The translations under genes and the position numbers were made by a program. Source: an uncultured Chloroflexia bacterium (GTDB lineage: Bacteria > Chloroflexota > UBA6077 > JACCZL01). From it: 64,000 nt of DNA. Where the stretch lies: positions 110,069 through 174,068 of the forward strand of contig CAVXYC010000007.1 of the NCBI GenBank assembly GCA_963765765.1, read 5' to 3'. Shown here one piece after another: positions 46,555 to 57,156 of the stretch. The first letter of the stretch is position 1. The number at the start of each line of letters is the position of its first letter. Under the pieces are notes generated by a model that was given only the letters and a program-made list of their open reading frames with translations, was not told where the DNA came from and made no database searches.

Positions 46555-47463
46555 TTGCCCTGGCCACTCAGACGACGCCAACCGAAATCAGCAATCCATC
46601 CGGCTCCGAACCCCGATCGCCGCGAATCCGTTGAGATCGACGCGCTTGCGCGAGCATATCGCGACGGTGATCCAACCGTGCTGGCCGAGCTGCATGCGGC
46701 CCTGCGGCCGATCATCCAATCGTCTATCGCGCGGACGTTCCAGCTCGGCCCCTTGCCCGGGCCACTGGAGTCGCGCGACCTCGATCAGCAGAGCTGGATT
46801 CTGCTGGCGGAGCTCACTCGCCGCTGGGATCCGGAGCAGGCGCCCTTTTTGCCGTATGTTCATGGCGCCTTTCCGTGGGCACTACGCCGCTACCTGCGCT
46901 CGCAATCATCCGATCGCCGCTCGATCCGTACTCGAGTAATCAGCACTGAGCACGCCGAGCTCTTTAGCAAAGCGGATGCGCAAACGGGCGTCGACGGCCG
47001 CGACTGGGACACCCACCTGATGTGCGATGAGGTGCTGACCGAGCTGACCGCCGAGCATCAGCGAGCGCTGCAGCTCCACTTTGCCGAGCGCCGCCGCCCG
47101 GCCGAAGTGGCAACGGCCATGGGTCTCCCACTGGAGCAGGTGGAGCCACTAGTAAAACGCGCTATTCGCGCTGCTCGGGCAGTAGCCAACGGCCGCCGCG
47201 CGCCGGACCAGCAAGCAGATCTTCAACTCCTGGTGGAGGCGCTTCACGCCGGCGCGGACAAACGCGGTCGCTTACCCGGCCGAGCTTGGGTGTGTTTGGA
47301 GACGGGCCTCTCCGAGCTGCGATTCGCCCGGCTCATGCGTCTGTTGGTGAGCGCGGATTGCATTGTTGGCCGCTCGGCCCGCATCGCCGGCCGCTTGAGG
47401 CATGCAACCCCCGAGGAAACGCTTGCGGCAGTGCAAAGCGAAGAGATGATGGTGAGGAGTTAA
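46555..47463 (+). CDS. Alternative sigma70-family factor with C-terminal extension
   Basis: Region 2-like DLDQQSWILLAELTRRWDP..PFLPY, region 4-like LTAEHQRALQLHF..PAEVATAMGL, and about 90 extra C-terminal residues. The start is uncertain. Confidence 0.75.
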   Translation: MPWPLRRRQPKSAIHPAPNPDRRESVEIDALARAYRDGDPTVLAELHAALRPIIQSSIARTFQLGPLPGPLESRDLDQQSWILLAELTRRWDPEQAPFLPYVHGAFPWALRRYLRSQSSDRRSIRTRVISTEHAELFSKADAQTGVDGRDWDTHLMCDEVLTELTAEHQRALQLHFAERRRPAEVATAMGLPLEQVEPLVKRAIRAARAVANGRRAPDQQADLQLLVEALHAGADKRGRLPGRAWVCLETGLSELRFARLMRLLVSADCIVGRSARIAGRLRHATPEETLAAVQSEEMMVRS

Positions 47464-47493
47464 GGTGATCGTGCACTCTTCACACTTAACTCT

Positions 47494-48171
47494 TCACTCC
47501 AAAAGGTCGAGTACCTGCGACAGGCTGGTCACGCAATGATCGTAGCGTTCGCTGGTGCCATAGTCGCCACTCTGATGGGGCTGCTCAACCTTGACCGAGA
47601 CCATGCCCAGATCCGTAGCGGCGTCCAACTCGCCAAACGCGCCATCCGCGACGAACATCGTCTCCTCCACACTCACACCCAGCGCCCGACACGCATGGCG
47701 AAAGAACTCTGGATCCGGCTTGGCCAGACGCACGTCGCAGGAGAGCACCAGCTCATCCATCAGCGCATCCAAGCCCAGGACTGACACCACCGCGCCCGCC
47801 TGGCAGGAGCAATTGCTCAGCAAACCCAGGCGATACCCCCGGCTGCGGAGCTCCTGGAGCAGCGGCACCGTCTCTGGATAAAGGTGTACCGCCTCAGACC
47901 ACGCCCGATTCTCCAGCTCGACGAGATGGGCCGTCAACTCCGGCGTGGCATCAACACCGAGATGGCTCAGCATGAGCGTGATCTGCTCGCCCAAATCACC
48001 GAGCGTGCCGAGCATCCGGTCCCAAGCCGTGTCCCGCCATTGATCCATAAACCCGTCGTGATCCACGCCCGCAAGCTCTGCGAGCTGGCGACGAGCATCA
48101 CGAATCAGCTGGCCATCAAGATAGGCTAGCGTATCGTAGAGATCAAAGAGGACGGTGGAGACGCGCGGCAT
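47494..48171 (-). CDS. HAD-family hydrolase
   Basis: FDLYDTL, LLSN, KPDP and FVADG. Confidence 0.88.
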   Translation of the reverse strand: MPRVSTVLFDLYDTLAYLDGQLIRDARRQLAELAGVDHDGFMDQWRDTAWDRMLGTLGDLGEQITLMLSHLGVDATPELTAHLVELENRAWSEAVHLYPETVPLLQELRSRGYRLGLLSNCSCQAGAVVSVLGLDALMDELVLSCDVRLAKPDPEFFRHACRALGVSVEETMFVADGAFGELDAATDLGMVSVKVEQPHQSGDYGTSERYDHCVTSLSQVLDLLE

Positions 48172-48284
48172 GCGGTGTGTCAGTCTCTACAACAATAAAC
48201 CAGGCTACCCGTTGGGTGTCGAACTCTTGAACATTGAGCGCTGTGGGATCGCAAGAGAGCTCACTCTACTCCCGCCGAGAGCGG

Positions 48285-49280
48285 TTAGCCTGAGCGCTCA
48301 TCCAAGACCCGCCACAGCTCGTCACGCCACACCGGCTCGGCCGGCTCGCGGCAACCGCCGCACAGAACCACGCGTTCGGCGCCCTGCATCCGCCCGATCA
48401 CCGTGGCAGTGAGCGATTGAGCCTGGAGACCTTCCACCATGGCCGGACCATCGGAACAAGCAATCAGCAGAGCACCGCTGGAGATAAGCTTGAGCGGGTC
48501 TGCTCCGAATACTTCGCAGATCGCCTGGGTCTCCTCGCGGATGGGTACGCGCTCCGCGTCAAGCTCAAAACCGAGTCCGGAGGATTCGGCCATCTCCCAC
48601 ATTGCGCCCAGCACGCCGCCCTCTGTGGGGTCATGCATGGCCGTGGCTCCCAGCTCGGCAGCGGCTAATCCCTCGCGTACAACGCTCACGAAATCGATAC
48701 ACCGCGCTCCCGCGGCGATCAACGCTGGCGCAACACGACCCGTCAGGTCATCCGCGCAGTCGTTCGATAAGATCGCCGTGCCCTCCAGACCAGCCCATTT
48801 AGCCAGCACAATCGCATCACCCACTCGGGCACCCGATGAGCGCACGATCCGGTCACGCGGCGCCTTACCTACGGCGGTCATCGCGAGAATCGGCGCCGCG
48901 ATTCCGGGTGTGACCTCTGTGTGCCCGCCCAGAATCTCAATGCCGAGCTCGGTAGCAGCACGGTGCATATCGTTCATGACCGCGCTCACCAGCGCTTCAT
49001 CCGCCGACTCTGGCAGAAGCACCGTAGCGAGCACTCCTACTGGAGCGGCGCCCATGGCAGCGATGTCATTGCAGGCTACGTGCACGCCGAGCCAGCCCGC
49101 CCGCTCCCCCGCCGCGGTGATCGGATCCGCTGAGAGCACACAGCTCTCGGCGCCAAAATCAATCACAGCCGAATCCTCGCCGAGCGCCGCGTGCACCAGC
49201 ACGTCAGCTCGGCGCGTCCCCAGCTTACCCAGAACCAGGCGACGGAGATCGTCGGGCGAAAGCTTGCCTGATCGCATCAT
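48285..49280 (-). CDS. AIR synthase-related (HypE-like) protein
   Basis: GEDSA, ADPIT, NDIAAMGA, GGHTEVT, MHDPTEGG and LISSG. Confidence 0.88.
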   Translation of the reverse strand: MMRSGKLSPDDLRRLVLGKLGTRRADVLVHAALGEDSAVIDFGAESCVLSADPITAAGERAGWLGVHVACNDIAAMGAAPVGVLATVLLPESADEALVSAVMNDMHRAATELGIEILGGHTEVTPGIAAPILAMTAVGKAPRDRIVRSSGARVGDAIVLAKWAGLEGTAILSNDCADDLTGRVAPALIAAGARCIDFVSVVREGLAAAELGATAMHDPTEGGVLGAMWEMAESSGLGFELDAERVPIREETQAICEVFGADPLKLISSGALLIACSDGPAMVEGLQAQSLTATVIGRMQGAERVVLCGGCREPAEPVWRDELWRVLDERSG

Positions 49281-49820
49281 TCAGTTCCGCGCACGTCGAT
49301 ACCCCGCCGCCTGAGCATCCGCTTCGCCCGCAAAACATTCCTCGGGATCCGTTTGCGCGTAAGAGCCTCCGCCGGGCACGTGGTAAATCCACTCAGTAGT
49401 GCTGCGACTCCCCCGATTTCCTTTGATAGGATGCGTTGCTGGGCAGGCTCCGCGACCAGCCGCGGGAACGCCACGTCCCGCCGGCTTCGCACTACCTGGC
49501 GTGACAACACTAGGCGCAGTTGTCGCGGTGGCTGGAGTGGGCGTCGGGCTGGGCTCAACAGGCGTTGGCGAGACCGGCGTTCTCGTTGACGTGGCGGATG
49601 ACGCGATTGTTGGACTGGGCGGAATGAGCGTGGACGTTGACGTTACCGTAGGAGCGGCCGTAGGGATCACCGTAGGCACCTGGGATGTTGGAACCGGCGA
49701 ATTAACGTTGACCGCCGCAAGCTCCGCTGATCGTGGAACATCTCTAGAACATGCGGCGATGGCGCACAGGGCGAGAAGTGCCACCACAACAACTCGAATT
49801 GCTCCGGGCAGATTACGCAT
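49281..49820 (-). CDS. Lipoprotein with PT-rich linker and C-terminal IKGN...YH.PG..Y...CF..E..A..AG.R domain
   Basis: Lipobox AIAAC. C-terminus reads CPATHPIKGN...IYHVPGGGSYAQTDPEECFAGEADAQAAGYRRA. Confidence 0.8.
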   Translation of the reverse strand: MRNLPGAIRVVVVALLALCAIAACSRDVPRSAELAAVNVNSPVPTSQVPTVIPTAAPTVTSTSTLIPPSPTIASSATSTRTPVSPTPVEPSPTPTPATATTAPSVVTPGSAKPAGRGVPAAGRGACPATHPIKGNRGSRSTTEWIYHVPGGGSYAQTDPEECFAGEADAQAAGYRRARN

Positions 49821-49949
49821 ACACGTCCCACGATAGGCTCACAGTTAATAAGCAAGTCGGCGTCAATGTGGGGAGGTTCAAACTAGCGAACGGCCTTGAT
49901 AGTACGCGATGACTGCCCGCTCGCTTCACTGGGCAACTATCGTAGGCGG

Positions 49950-52269
49950 CTAAAACTGCCCCACAGAGCGCTCTTTGCTGGTCAAAAGGCGGATTTCGTT
50001 ATTCTCGGGGGCAAATAGTTGGAGCTGGTCGTCGAGGAGGCGATTGAAGCCCCTCTTCGTCAATCGCCTTCGATAGACGCGCAACGTACGTAGAGCGGAG
50101 CCGCCTGACGTAATACTCGGCATCGTAGTCGTCTGAAAAGTCGTCGATGAGCTTCCTGGCATTGCCCCTTGCACGGTAGAAGCGAACGCGATCTCCGACT
50201 CGCCAGGTGGTGTGGCCAGAGCCAATCAGTACTTCGTAATGCTCCTCGCGCCGATTTGACTTGCGGTACTCTTCAGGCGACTTCGTTACTGCAAGCATGC
50301 TACACACGTCTTCAATGGGCAGCTCGCGGGCGCGCAGCTTTGCACAGGTCGATCGATAGAGATCTCGGATCGCACCCGCGTTGTCATTCAGGATCATCGT
50401 CGCGGCTTCAGCCACGAATCGCTCGCCATAAGGCTCCCAGCGGCTGGAACGGAATGACCCGCCCACGATCTTGATCTTCCCGTCGTAGCCTTTGAGCACA
50501 TAGTTCTTCTCAGCGTAGCTGTACATCGCCGCGTAGCGACCGTCGTGCTCGACAATAATGCCGGCCGGTAGCTCTGTGTTCAGCTCAGCAATGAGTGCGT
50601 GCTCGTCCTCTTCAGTCCAGCCATCCGGCACGCTGAATAGCACGCCATCTGTATCGGCCTCGATGAGAATGAGCCCGCGGCGCTCCAACCCCTGGAGCAT
50701 CTGACCCAACACTTCGCGGCCACGGCGTGTCACCTCGCCCGCCGCACGCAAATCGCCAAAAAGCGCGAAGCTGGTGCCGAGGCTTCCATAAAACGAGTTG
50801 ATGAGCACTTTCATAGCCCCAGAGAGCGCTTCACTCGCCTGACGCTCGCGACTGCCCGGCTCCGCCTTGCGCGCCTGATCCTTGTGGTACAGCCGAAGCT
50901 TGGTCAGCTCCGCGAGAATCTCACCAAACGCCCCAAGCCGATCCGATTCTGGGCCAATGCCGTAGCTGAGCATGATGCTCGGATACAGCGACGCGACGTC
51001 GGCTTTGACGATGTTGTGCAGCACCCCGCTGGTGAGAAGCTCTGTGCGAGCGCCAGCGTATGTACCACCGGCCGCCGCACCCTGCGGCAGTGAATGGCCC
51101 TCGGAGATGTAGGCGCGAATCATCAGCGGCTCTATCAAGCCTTGCGCGGGTCCGGACGTGGCGATTCGTTCATACGGCCGTGGCACGATGGACGATAGCG
51201 CGAACACCGATCCCATCAAGATCTGGCTGAGCTCGTCCACCTCCTCCACGTCGTGCGAGGCATAGCGCCGAACTCGGTCCGGGTCGGTCTGAAATGTGGC
51301 CCAGATCTCCGCACCGGGGACGTATTCGCGGTCCTTCCGTGCGAAGCCGAAGTATTGGGCGACTTGCTTGAGACCGCGGCTGCGCAGATCTCGCTGGATT
51401 GCGCTGAATCGCCTCGCGGCGTGGTACGTGTCGATAATCTCACGCCCAACCAGGCGATATCGCGTGAAGCGTTCGCTCCGCTCGCCGATCTTCAATGTGT
51501 CGTTGGACTTCGAGAACCCGCGCCCATCGCGCCCCAGCGGTAGCTCTACTCCCAGTGCCCTGGCCCGCTCGATGACAAATGGGATGTCGAACTCGAAGAT
51601 GTTGTGATTCTCGATGACGTCAGGATCGCGCTCACGAACTATTCGGACGAACTCCCGTAGAAGCTCGGCCTCATCCATGGAGCCTATATCCAGCAGTGCC
51701 TGAAAACCGGTGCTGTCACGGATGCTGACCATGAAGATCCGGTCCTGCGTGGGACTGAGACCGGTCGTCTCCAGGTCATATTGCAGCCGGCGAACGTCGC
51801 TAAATGCCATCCCACCGTAATAGGTGCGACCGCTCCACATGAGGTACTGCTCGGTGGCGTCGCGAATGAGTGCGTGCGTGCGAAGATCGAACCGCGAGCT
51901 CGCCCCGGCCGCACCCAGGAGCGCCGCCTCCACCTCTTCGAAACGCGTGGTCAGCACGAGGTAACGGAGCGGATGCGATCCCTCGAGCTCGACGATCGCG
52001 AGACCATCTGGTGGATCGGCCATCCCATCCCGCACTTCGTCGAACGACAATCGAGCCGGGTTCAATGCCTCGAGCGGTGCCGTATCCGTGACGATGAGCC
52101 AATTGGGGAACTCGACCCGCTCTCGGATTATCTGGTCATTGACCCGACGCCAAACATCGGCTTGCCCTTGCCTGGTGGCGCGCACGCCAACGATTCCGGG
52201 CGTATCGTCGCGCCCGAAGAGCAAGCGTTGTCGATCTAGGATGCGAGCTGGTGTCTGAGACATAGACAT
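49950..52269 (-). CDS. polB: Family B DNA polymerase with 3'-5' exonuclease (frameshift near 50045)
   Basis: ExoI YDLETTG, ExoII NHNIFEFD, ExoIII YASHD, motif A DVASLYPS, motif B KVLINSFYG and motif C ADTDG. A TATACT -10 lies at 52286-52281. Confidence 0.88.
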
Positions 52270-52390
52270 TGGCGTGGGGCAGTATACCGCCCGGCCAGAG
52301 GCACACTCATCTCGCACCGGTGCGTTGCGCTGAAAATAAGGATAACTTCTGTCCAGTTCTCTGGCGATAAATGATGCAGGCGTGGAACCG

Positions 52391-54105
52391 TCAGGCAACA
52401 ACCAGCGGATAGCCTTCGCTCGCTACCACCGCATCCGCGACTCGTCGTCGGGTCTCAATTGGATTCTGAGCCGGCCGACTGCGATTGATCTGCAAGGCAG
52501 CTCCAGCACGGTCATCCCGGAGATAGCTGGCCAGCTCTCGGCAAACGCGCTCGCTTCGTTGAAGGGCACGCGCCGACCACAGATCGGCGAGATCCTGATG
52601 AAGAGCTCGAGTGCCGTCGGGCGCCGAGGCGGCTCGTAGAAGCGCAGAATCCACTGCAAGCACATCCGCCGCGAGATCTGCCAGCCGTGCAGTAACTTCC
52701 TGTTCTTCTGGAACATCGCGCCCGATTCGTTCCCTGGCAACATCGAATGCTTCTCCGGCAGCCCAGCGAAGCATGTCTGACCATGGCGCCAGTCCCGACG
52801 GGCCAACGTGAGATTGGCCCCACTGATCTGGCGACGGCAGGCCGCCACGGTCAATCTGCCGCATGATCCGCGTCACCACGAGAAGCGATTGATCTCATTG
52901 GTGCCTTCAAAAATACGGTTGATCCGCGCATCGCGATAGATCCGCGAGACCTCATAATCATCCATGAACCCATTGCCGCCATGGATCTGCACGGCTTGAT
53001 CGGCCACCAGATCGAGAGCCTCCGTGGCAATGACCTTGTTGATCGCACACTCAACCGCGTATTCGCCGAGGGCCTCCGCGGCATCAGCACTGCAGTCACC
53101 AGCCGTATCCAAAACTTCGACTGACGTTGACACCAGCTCTGCCGTGCGCACCATCATGGATTCGGCGACGTACGTCCAGAGTGCCATCTCCGCGAGCGCA
53201 TCGCGCACCAGTCCGAACTCAATAATCGGCCGGCCGAACTGACGACGCTCGCGCGCGTACGCCGCGGCCAGCGCCAGAGCATGCTTGCAGGCGCCCACCG
53301 CGCCGGCAGCGAGCTTGAGCCGACCCACATTCAGAATAGTGAAGGCGATGATGTGGCCACGGCCCACCTCGCCCAGCAGATTGGCGCGCGGGATTCGGAC
53401 GTTGTCGAGCTGGACCGTGCGTGTGGAGGAGCCCTTCAGCCCCATCTTGTGCTCCTCTGCACCCGTCGAGACGCCTGGCGTATTCCCGTCAATCAGAAAC
53501 GCCGAGAACTTCTCGCCGTCCACTTTCGCGTAGAGCGTGAAGAGGTTGGCGAAGCCGGAGTTCGTGATCCACTGTTTGGTGCCGTTCAGAATCCATTCCT
53601 GCCCGTCCGCACTGAGCGTTGCCGAAGCCCGAGCGCCGAGCGCATCTGAGCCTGACCCCGGCTCGGTGAGCGCATAAGCCGAGAGGATTTCTCCACTGGC
53701 TAGGCCTGGTAGATAGCGCTGCTTCTGTTCCGGCGTCCCGAAAAACACGAGCGGAAGCGTGCCGATGCCGGTATGTCCGGCGAAGCTCACATTGAAGGAC
53801 CCCGCCCGCGAGAGCTCCTGTGCGACTAGCATGGACGTCACCAGGTCAAGCCCCAGCCCGCCATAGTCTTCCGGGACATCAATACCAAGCAGTCCGAGGT
53901 CACCCGCTTCCCGAAGCAGCTTAGTGGTCAAGTCAAGATCAAGACGCTCGATCTCAGCGAGCCGAGGCCGCACCGATCCATCCACGAATTCTCGCGCGGT
54001 CCGGGCTATGAGTCGCTGGTCATCAGTGACGCACTCGGGGGTCAGTACGCGCTCAGTGGGGCTCGTTGCAACGAGGAATGAACAGCCTGATTGATCTTGG
54101 TTCAT
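52391..54105 (-). CDS. Acyl-CoA dehydrogenase, FadE-like (frameshift near 52880)
   Basis: [32 protein letters not shown] and [11 protein letters not shown]. The C-terminal domain is ORF 52391..52879. Confidence 0.9.
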
Positions 54106-54141
54106 CGTACGCTACCTTCCCCACTTGAGTGTTGAATCAAT

Positions 54142-54410
54142 GGTGCGGCCGCGCTGGTCAAGCAAGCGAACCCATCGTTCACAGCGGACGAGCTCCAGGC
54201 ATTCCTGGAGGCGCATGCCCTCGATCTCGGCGCGTCGGGCAAGGACAACCAGGTTGGCTCCGGCAAGCTGCAGCTCGGCGCCCCACCCTCGTCATGCACG
54301 TCACTGCGGCCCGAGCCGCCTCGCTCGGTCCCCCAGTGAGCCCGGGTCGCCTCCAGGTCACGGTAAACGCCGGCGCGGGCACGATAACCTTTTCTCCGCC
54401 ACCGAACTGA
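54142..54410 (+). pseudogene. S8 subtilase C-terminal fragment
   Basis: Manual translation GAAALVKQANPSFTADELQAFLEAHALDLGASGKDNQVGSGKLQL, with no start or catalytic triad. Confidence 0.7.
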
Positions 54411-54637
54411 GCTCCGCGCTGGTTGAGCTACCCAATGGCACGCTAACGGCCAAGGATGGCGCGTTTCGAGGTCACATCCGTTGGGGGGCGGCGACATCAT
54501 CATTGAATTGGAGCGAGCGAGACTACGCGTCCTCGAAGCGCACCGCAGCGCGCGTGTTTTTGAACATGCGCATACTGGCGCGCGGTCGGCGGATCAGAGC
54601 AAAGTATCGAGTTCACGCGCCGTCGGAAGGGGGAAGC

Positions 54638-54841
54638 ATGAAATCAAGTGATCCGGAACGTATTGAGACCATATTACAGGCGATAGTAAACGAAGCCGTG
54701 AAGATCGCTGAGACTGCCCTTTCCGCGTTGGAGGATGCACAACAAGGCCGTTTTCAAGACACCTACGACGAGATCAGGCTTGCGCACATTCTTCGTCGTC
54801 TCGAAGAGATCACCATTCGCCCGAGTTCAGACAGTGATTAA
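54638..54841 (+). CDS. Hypothetical 67-aa helical protein
   Basis: GGGGGA RBS, then MKSSDPERIETILQAIVNEAVKIAETAL.... Confidence 0.5.
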   Translation: MKSSDPERIETILQAIVNEAVKIAETALSALEDAQQGRFQDTYDEIRLAHILRRLEEITIRPSSDSD

Positions 54842-55295
54842 GCAGCAGTGAGCGTATGGACGGGCTCCTTCGCCCCTGGCACTGGCCAGCCGATATTCGG
54901 CTGGGACCATGCTCCCGCTCCCACTGGCGGACGCGTCGCGACGATAGGTTAGTGGCGGGAAGCACAGCCCTGGCCGGCCGCCACCGGCCTCGGGCTACGC
55001 GCTCCTGAGCACCAGTCCTGGCCGCGCGCCCTTCCGCGACCAGGACCGGGACGCACGGTGCGGCCACCGCGCTACGCGATGACGCAGCGCGGCGCCGGAC
55101 ACGGTGTCCGTTGTTGTCCGTTTGACTTCCGCCATACCTATACAAACGATCATCCGTGATGATGGAGAAGACCTCGCCGCCGTCAGCGCTCACTCGACCA
55201 TAGCACGATAAGTCACGCTGTCTATCGATGAGCCCGGCGCGATACGAATCTCGTTGAGAGGTCTGGGACACCATTCCGCCCACCGCGGGGCGTCG

Positions 55296-55332
55296 AAAGA
55301 GCGCCACGCTTGGGACGAGCGTGGCGCTCTTT
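55296..55332 (-). terminator. Intrinsic terminator-like hairpin
   Basis: AAAGAGCGCCACGCT-loop-AGCGTGGCGCTCTTT. Confidence 0.65.
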
Positions 55333-55372
55333 GTTGGAGGCGGTCACCCTGGCCCGGTGCGGAAGGCCAGGT

Positions 55373-55429
55373 GTACCACTCTTTAGCCAGACGGGCATTG
55401 AGCATCCACGGTTCCTTTTCCAGGATCGT
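55373..55429. repeat. ~57-bp non-coding motif, copy 1
   Basis: GTACCACTCTTTAGCCAGACG...ATCCACGGTTCCTTTTCCAGGATCG. Confidence 0.85.
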
Positions 55430-55456
55430 CCGGGCACTCCAGCACCAGCGCGCGGT

Positions 55457-55687
55457 TCAGGAGAGCTGATGCTTCCCGACGTCCCAGGTGCTGGGCTTCA
55501 CTTCCCGCGGCGGATCGCCGTACCAGAAGTCCGGATAGGCCGGGAGCTGTTCGGGATCCACCAGCTTCGCCCAGCAGGCATCGCGGACGGCCTGCGCCTG
55601 GTCCTTCTCGAGCTGCATTGCCTGCACCAGCCAGTCCGACACGCACCGCCGCCAGTAGCACGCGCAGCGCTCGAGGAAGAAGTCCAT
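55457..55687 (-). CDS. Hypothetical protein (C-terminal part), paralogous to 57856..58101
   Basis: CWAKLVDPEQLPAYPDFWYGDPPREVKPSTWDVGK. The 5' part is uncertain or frameshifted. Confidence 0.5.
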   Translation of the reverse strand: MDFFLERCACYWRRCVSDWLVQAMQLEKDQAQAVRDACWAKLVDPEQLPAYPDFWYGDPPREVKPSTWDVGKHQLS

Positions 55688-56003
55688 GGGCTCGTTGAAG
55701 TGCTGAACGTACGTGGTGGGACAGGCCGAGTCGACCGGCGTTCGCCAATAGGTCGACGGTCCACTCGAGCGGCCTGCTCACGTAACGGTGGTAGTGGAGG
55801 AATGCGGGCAATGATCGCGTCAGCCAGGGCGTCGGAGTCCACGCCAGGAGATCGCCTGACACCGGGATCCCCGCCGCGGAATGCCCCCAGGTCGTAGGAC
55901 ACCACCCCGCCCTGCCTGCAGGTTGTGGCACGGGCGGTCATCGCCGAGATGCGGTCGGGCTGCTGATATGGCTGACTAGCGTTCAGCAGACATAGCGGGA
56001 AAG

Positions 56004-56237
56004 CTAGCGGCGGAACCGATCCACCATGAATGCGAAGAGATAGAAGAGCACGGCGAATGGAATCATGAATAGCGAGATGCCGAACAACAGCTTCGCGAGC
56101 TCCAGAGACCATTCGAGTAATCGTGAATCTGGCCACAGCAGCGTCAGAAAGCCCCTCGCCGTGGCACTCAGTATGACGGCCAGGAGCGAGTACACGGTCA
56201 CTACCCCAATGTTCGCGGAAAGGCTAAGCAGCTTCAT
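56004..56237 (-). CDS. Small two-TM membrane protein
   Basis: 77-aa ORF with two hydrophobic helices. Confidence 0.5.
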   Translation of the reverse strand: MKLLSLSANIGVVTVYSLLAVILSATARGFLTLLWPDSRLLEWSLELAKLLFGISLFMIPFAVLFYLFAFMVDRFRR

Positions 56238-56414
56238 CGGTTGTCCAGGCCAGCCTGGCGACCGGCGTACGGCTCACCGGACCTCGCTGTGCGCTGTCCA
56301 AGCGCAAGCTTCGATTCCACCGCCAAAGTGTTCGTCTCCCCGGGTACACACCGTAGGCCTCATGGACCTGCGTCACCCGCGCAGTGGTCCTTATTGTCAC
56401 GCTCCTGCGTCCTG

Positions 56415-56699
56415 TTAACCCCAGAACCGCCACCCGGGGCGCTGTGCCCGCACCAGTTGCTCGCGGAGCTTTTCAATCTGAATCTGTAAGGTGTCTCGCT
56501 CCACGCGGAGCTCCCCAATGAGGTCGTCTCGGGCGTCCAGCACCTCGTCTTTCGCTTCGAGGAGCTGACGATGATGTTCTTGGAGCCGTCCGAGCTCCCG
56601 CTCGTGCGCATCGGCCTGGTGGTGGAGGAGAACGAGGACCGTGTTGGCCTCGGTTTGGGGTGAGCACCCGAGCCGCTTCGCCGCCTCGTTCATTGGCAC
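56415..56699 (-). CDS. Degenerate HTH/coiled-coil protein of mobile-element type
   Basis: EAAKRLGCSPQT (truncated excisionase/MerR-like HTH), a coiled coil and a PGWRFWG tail. AAGGAGG RBS lies upstream. Confidence 0.55.
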   Translation of the reverse strand: MPMNEAAKRLGCSPQTEANTVLVLLHHQADAHERELGRLQEHHRQLLEAKDEVLDARDDLIGELRVERDTLQIQIEKLREQLVRAQRPGWRFWG

Positions 56700-56772
56700 A
56701 ACTCAACGATGCGGAAGCCGTGGACGGTGATAGGTTCGGGAATGGTGGGCTCCTCCTTCAGGGCTCGATGGC

Positions 56773-56831
56773 GTACCACTCTGCTTAGCCAGACGCCCGT
56801 GGATTATCCACCGTTCCTATTCCAGGATCGT
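56773..56831. repeat. ~57-bp non-coding motif, copy 2
   Basis: GTACCACTCTGCTTAGCCAGACG...ATCCACCGTTCCTATTCCAGGATCG. Confidence 0.85.
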
Positions 56832-57156
56832 TCAGCGCCAGCCTGCTCAGGGCCATTCTCCCGGCAGCAGCGTGCCCCCGGTGTGGCCCGGAGCCGCTGC
56901 CGTTCACGTGGGACATCCGCGGGGACCGGGACCAGGATTGGCTGGAAGAGGAGATTGACCCATGACACCCGTCATTGGCGGCAACGTGATCAGCGCGGAG
57001 CATGGTGGTGAAAGCATCGAGCATGAGCTCTTCAAGCTCGAGCGCGAGGCGGGACAGGAAAGGCGGCGTGGTCCATCTCGAGCAGGGCCGTCGCTGGGAC
57101 GCCCTGCTCGAGGACATCGATGCGATGGAGGCCGATCTCGACCGCGAGGAGGGCTG

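Noticed and set aside
56802-56812. DnaA-box-like TTATCCACC in motif copy 2
   Set aside because: A single imperfect box, not conserved in the other copies, with no origin context.
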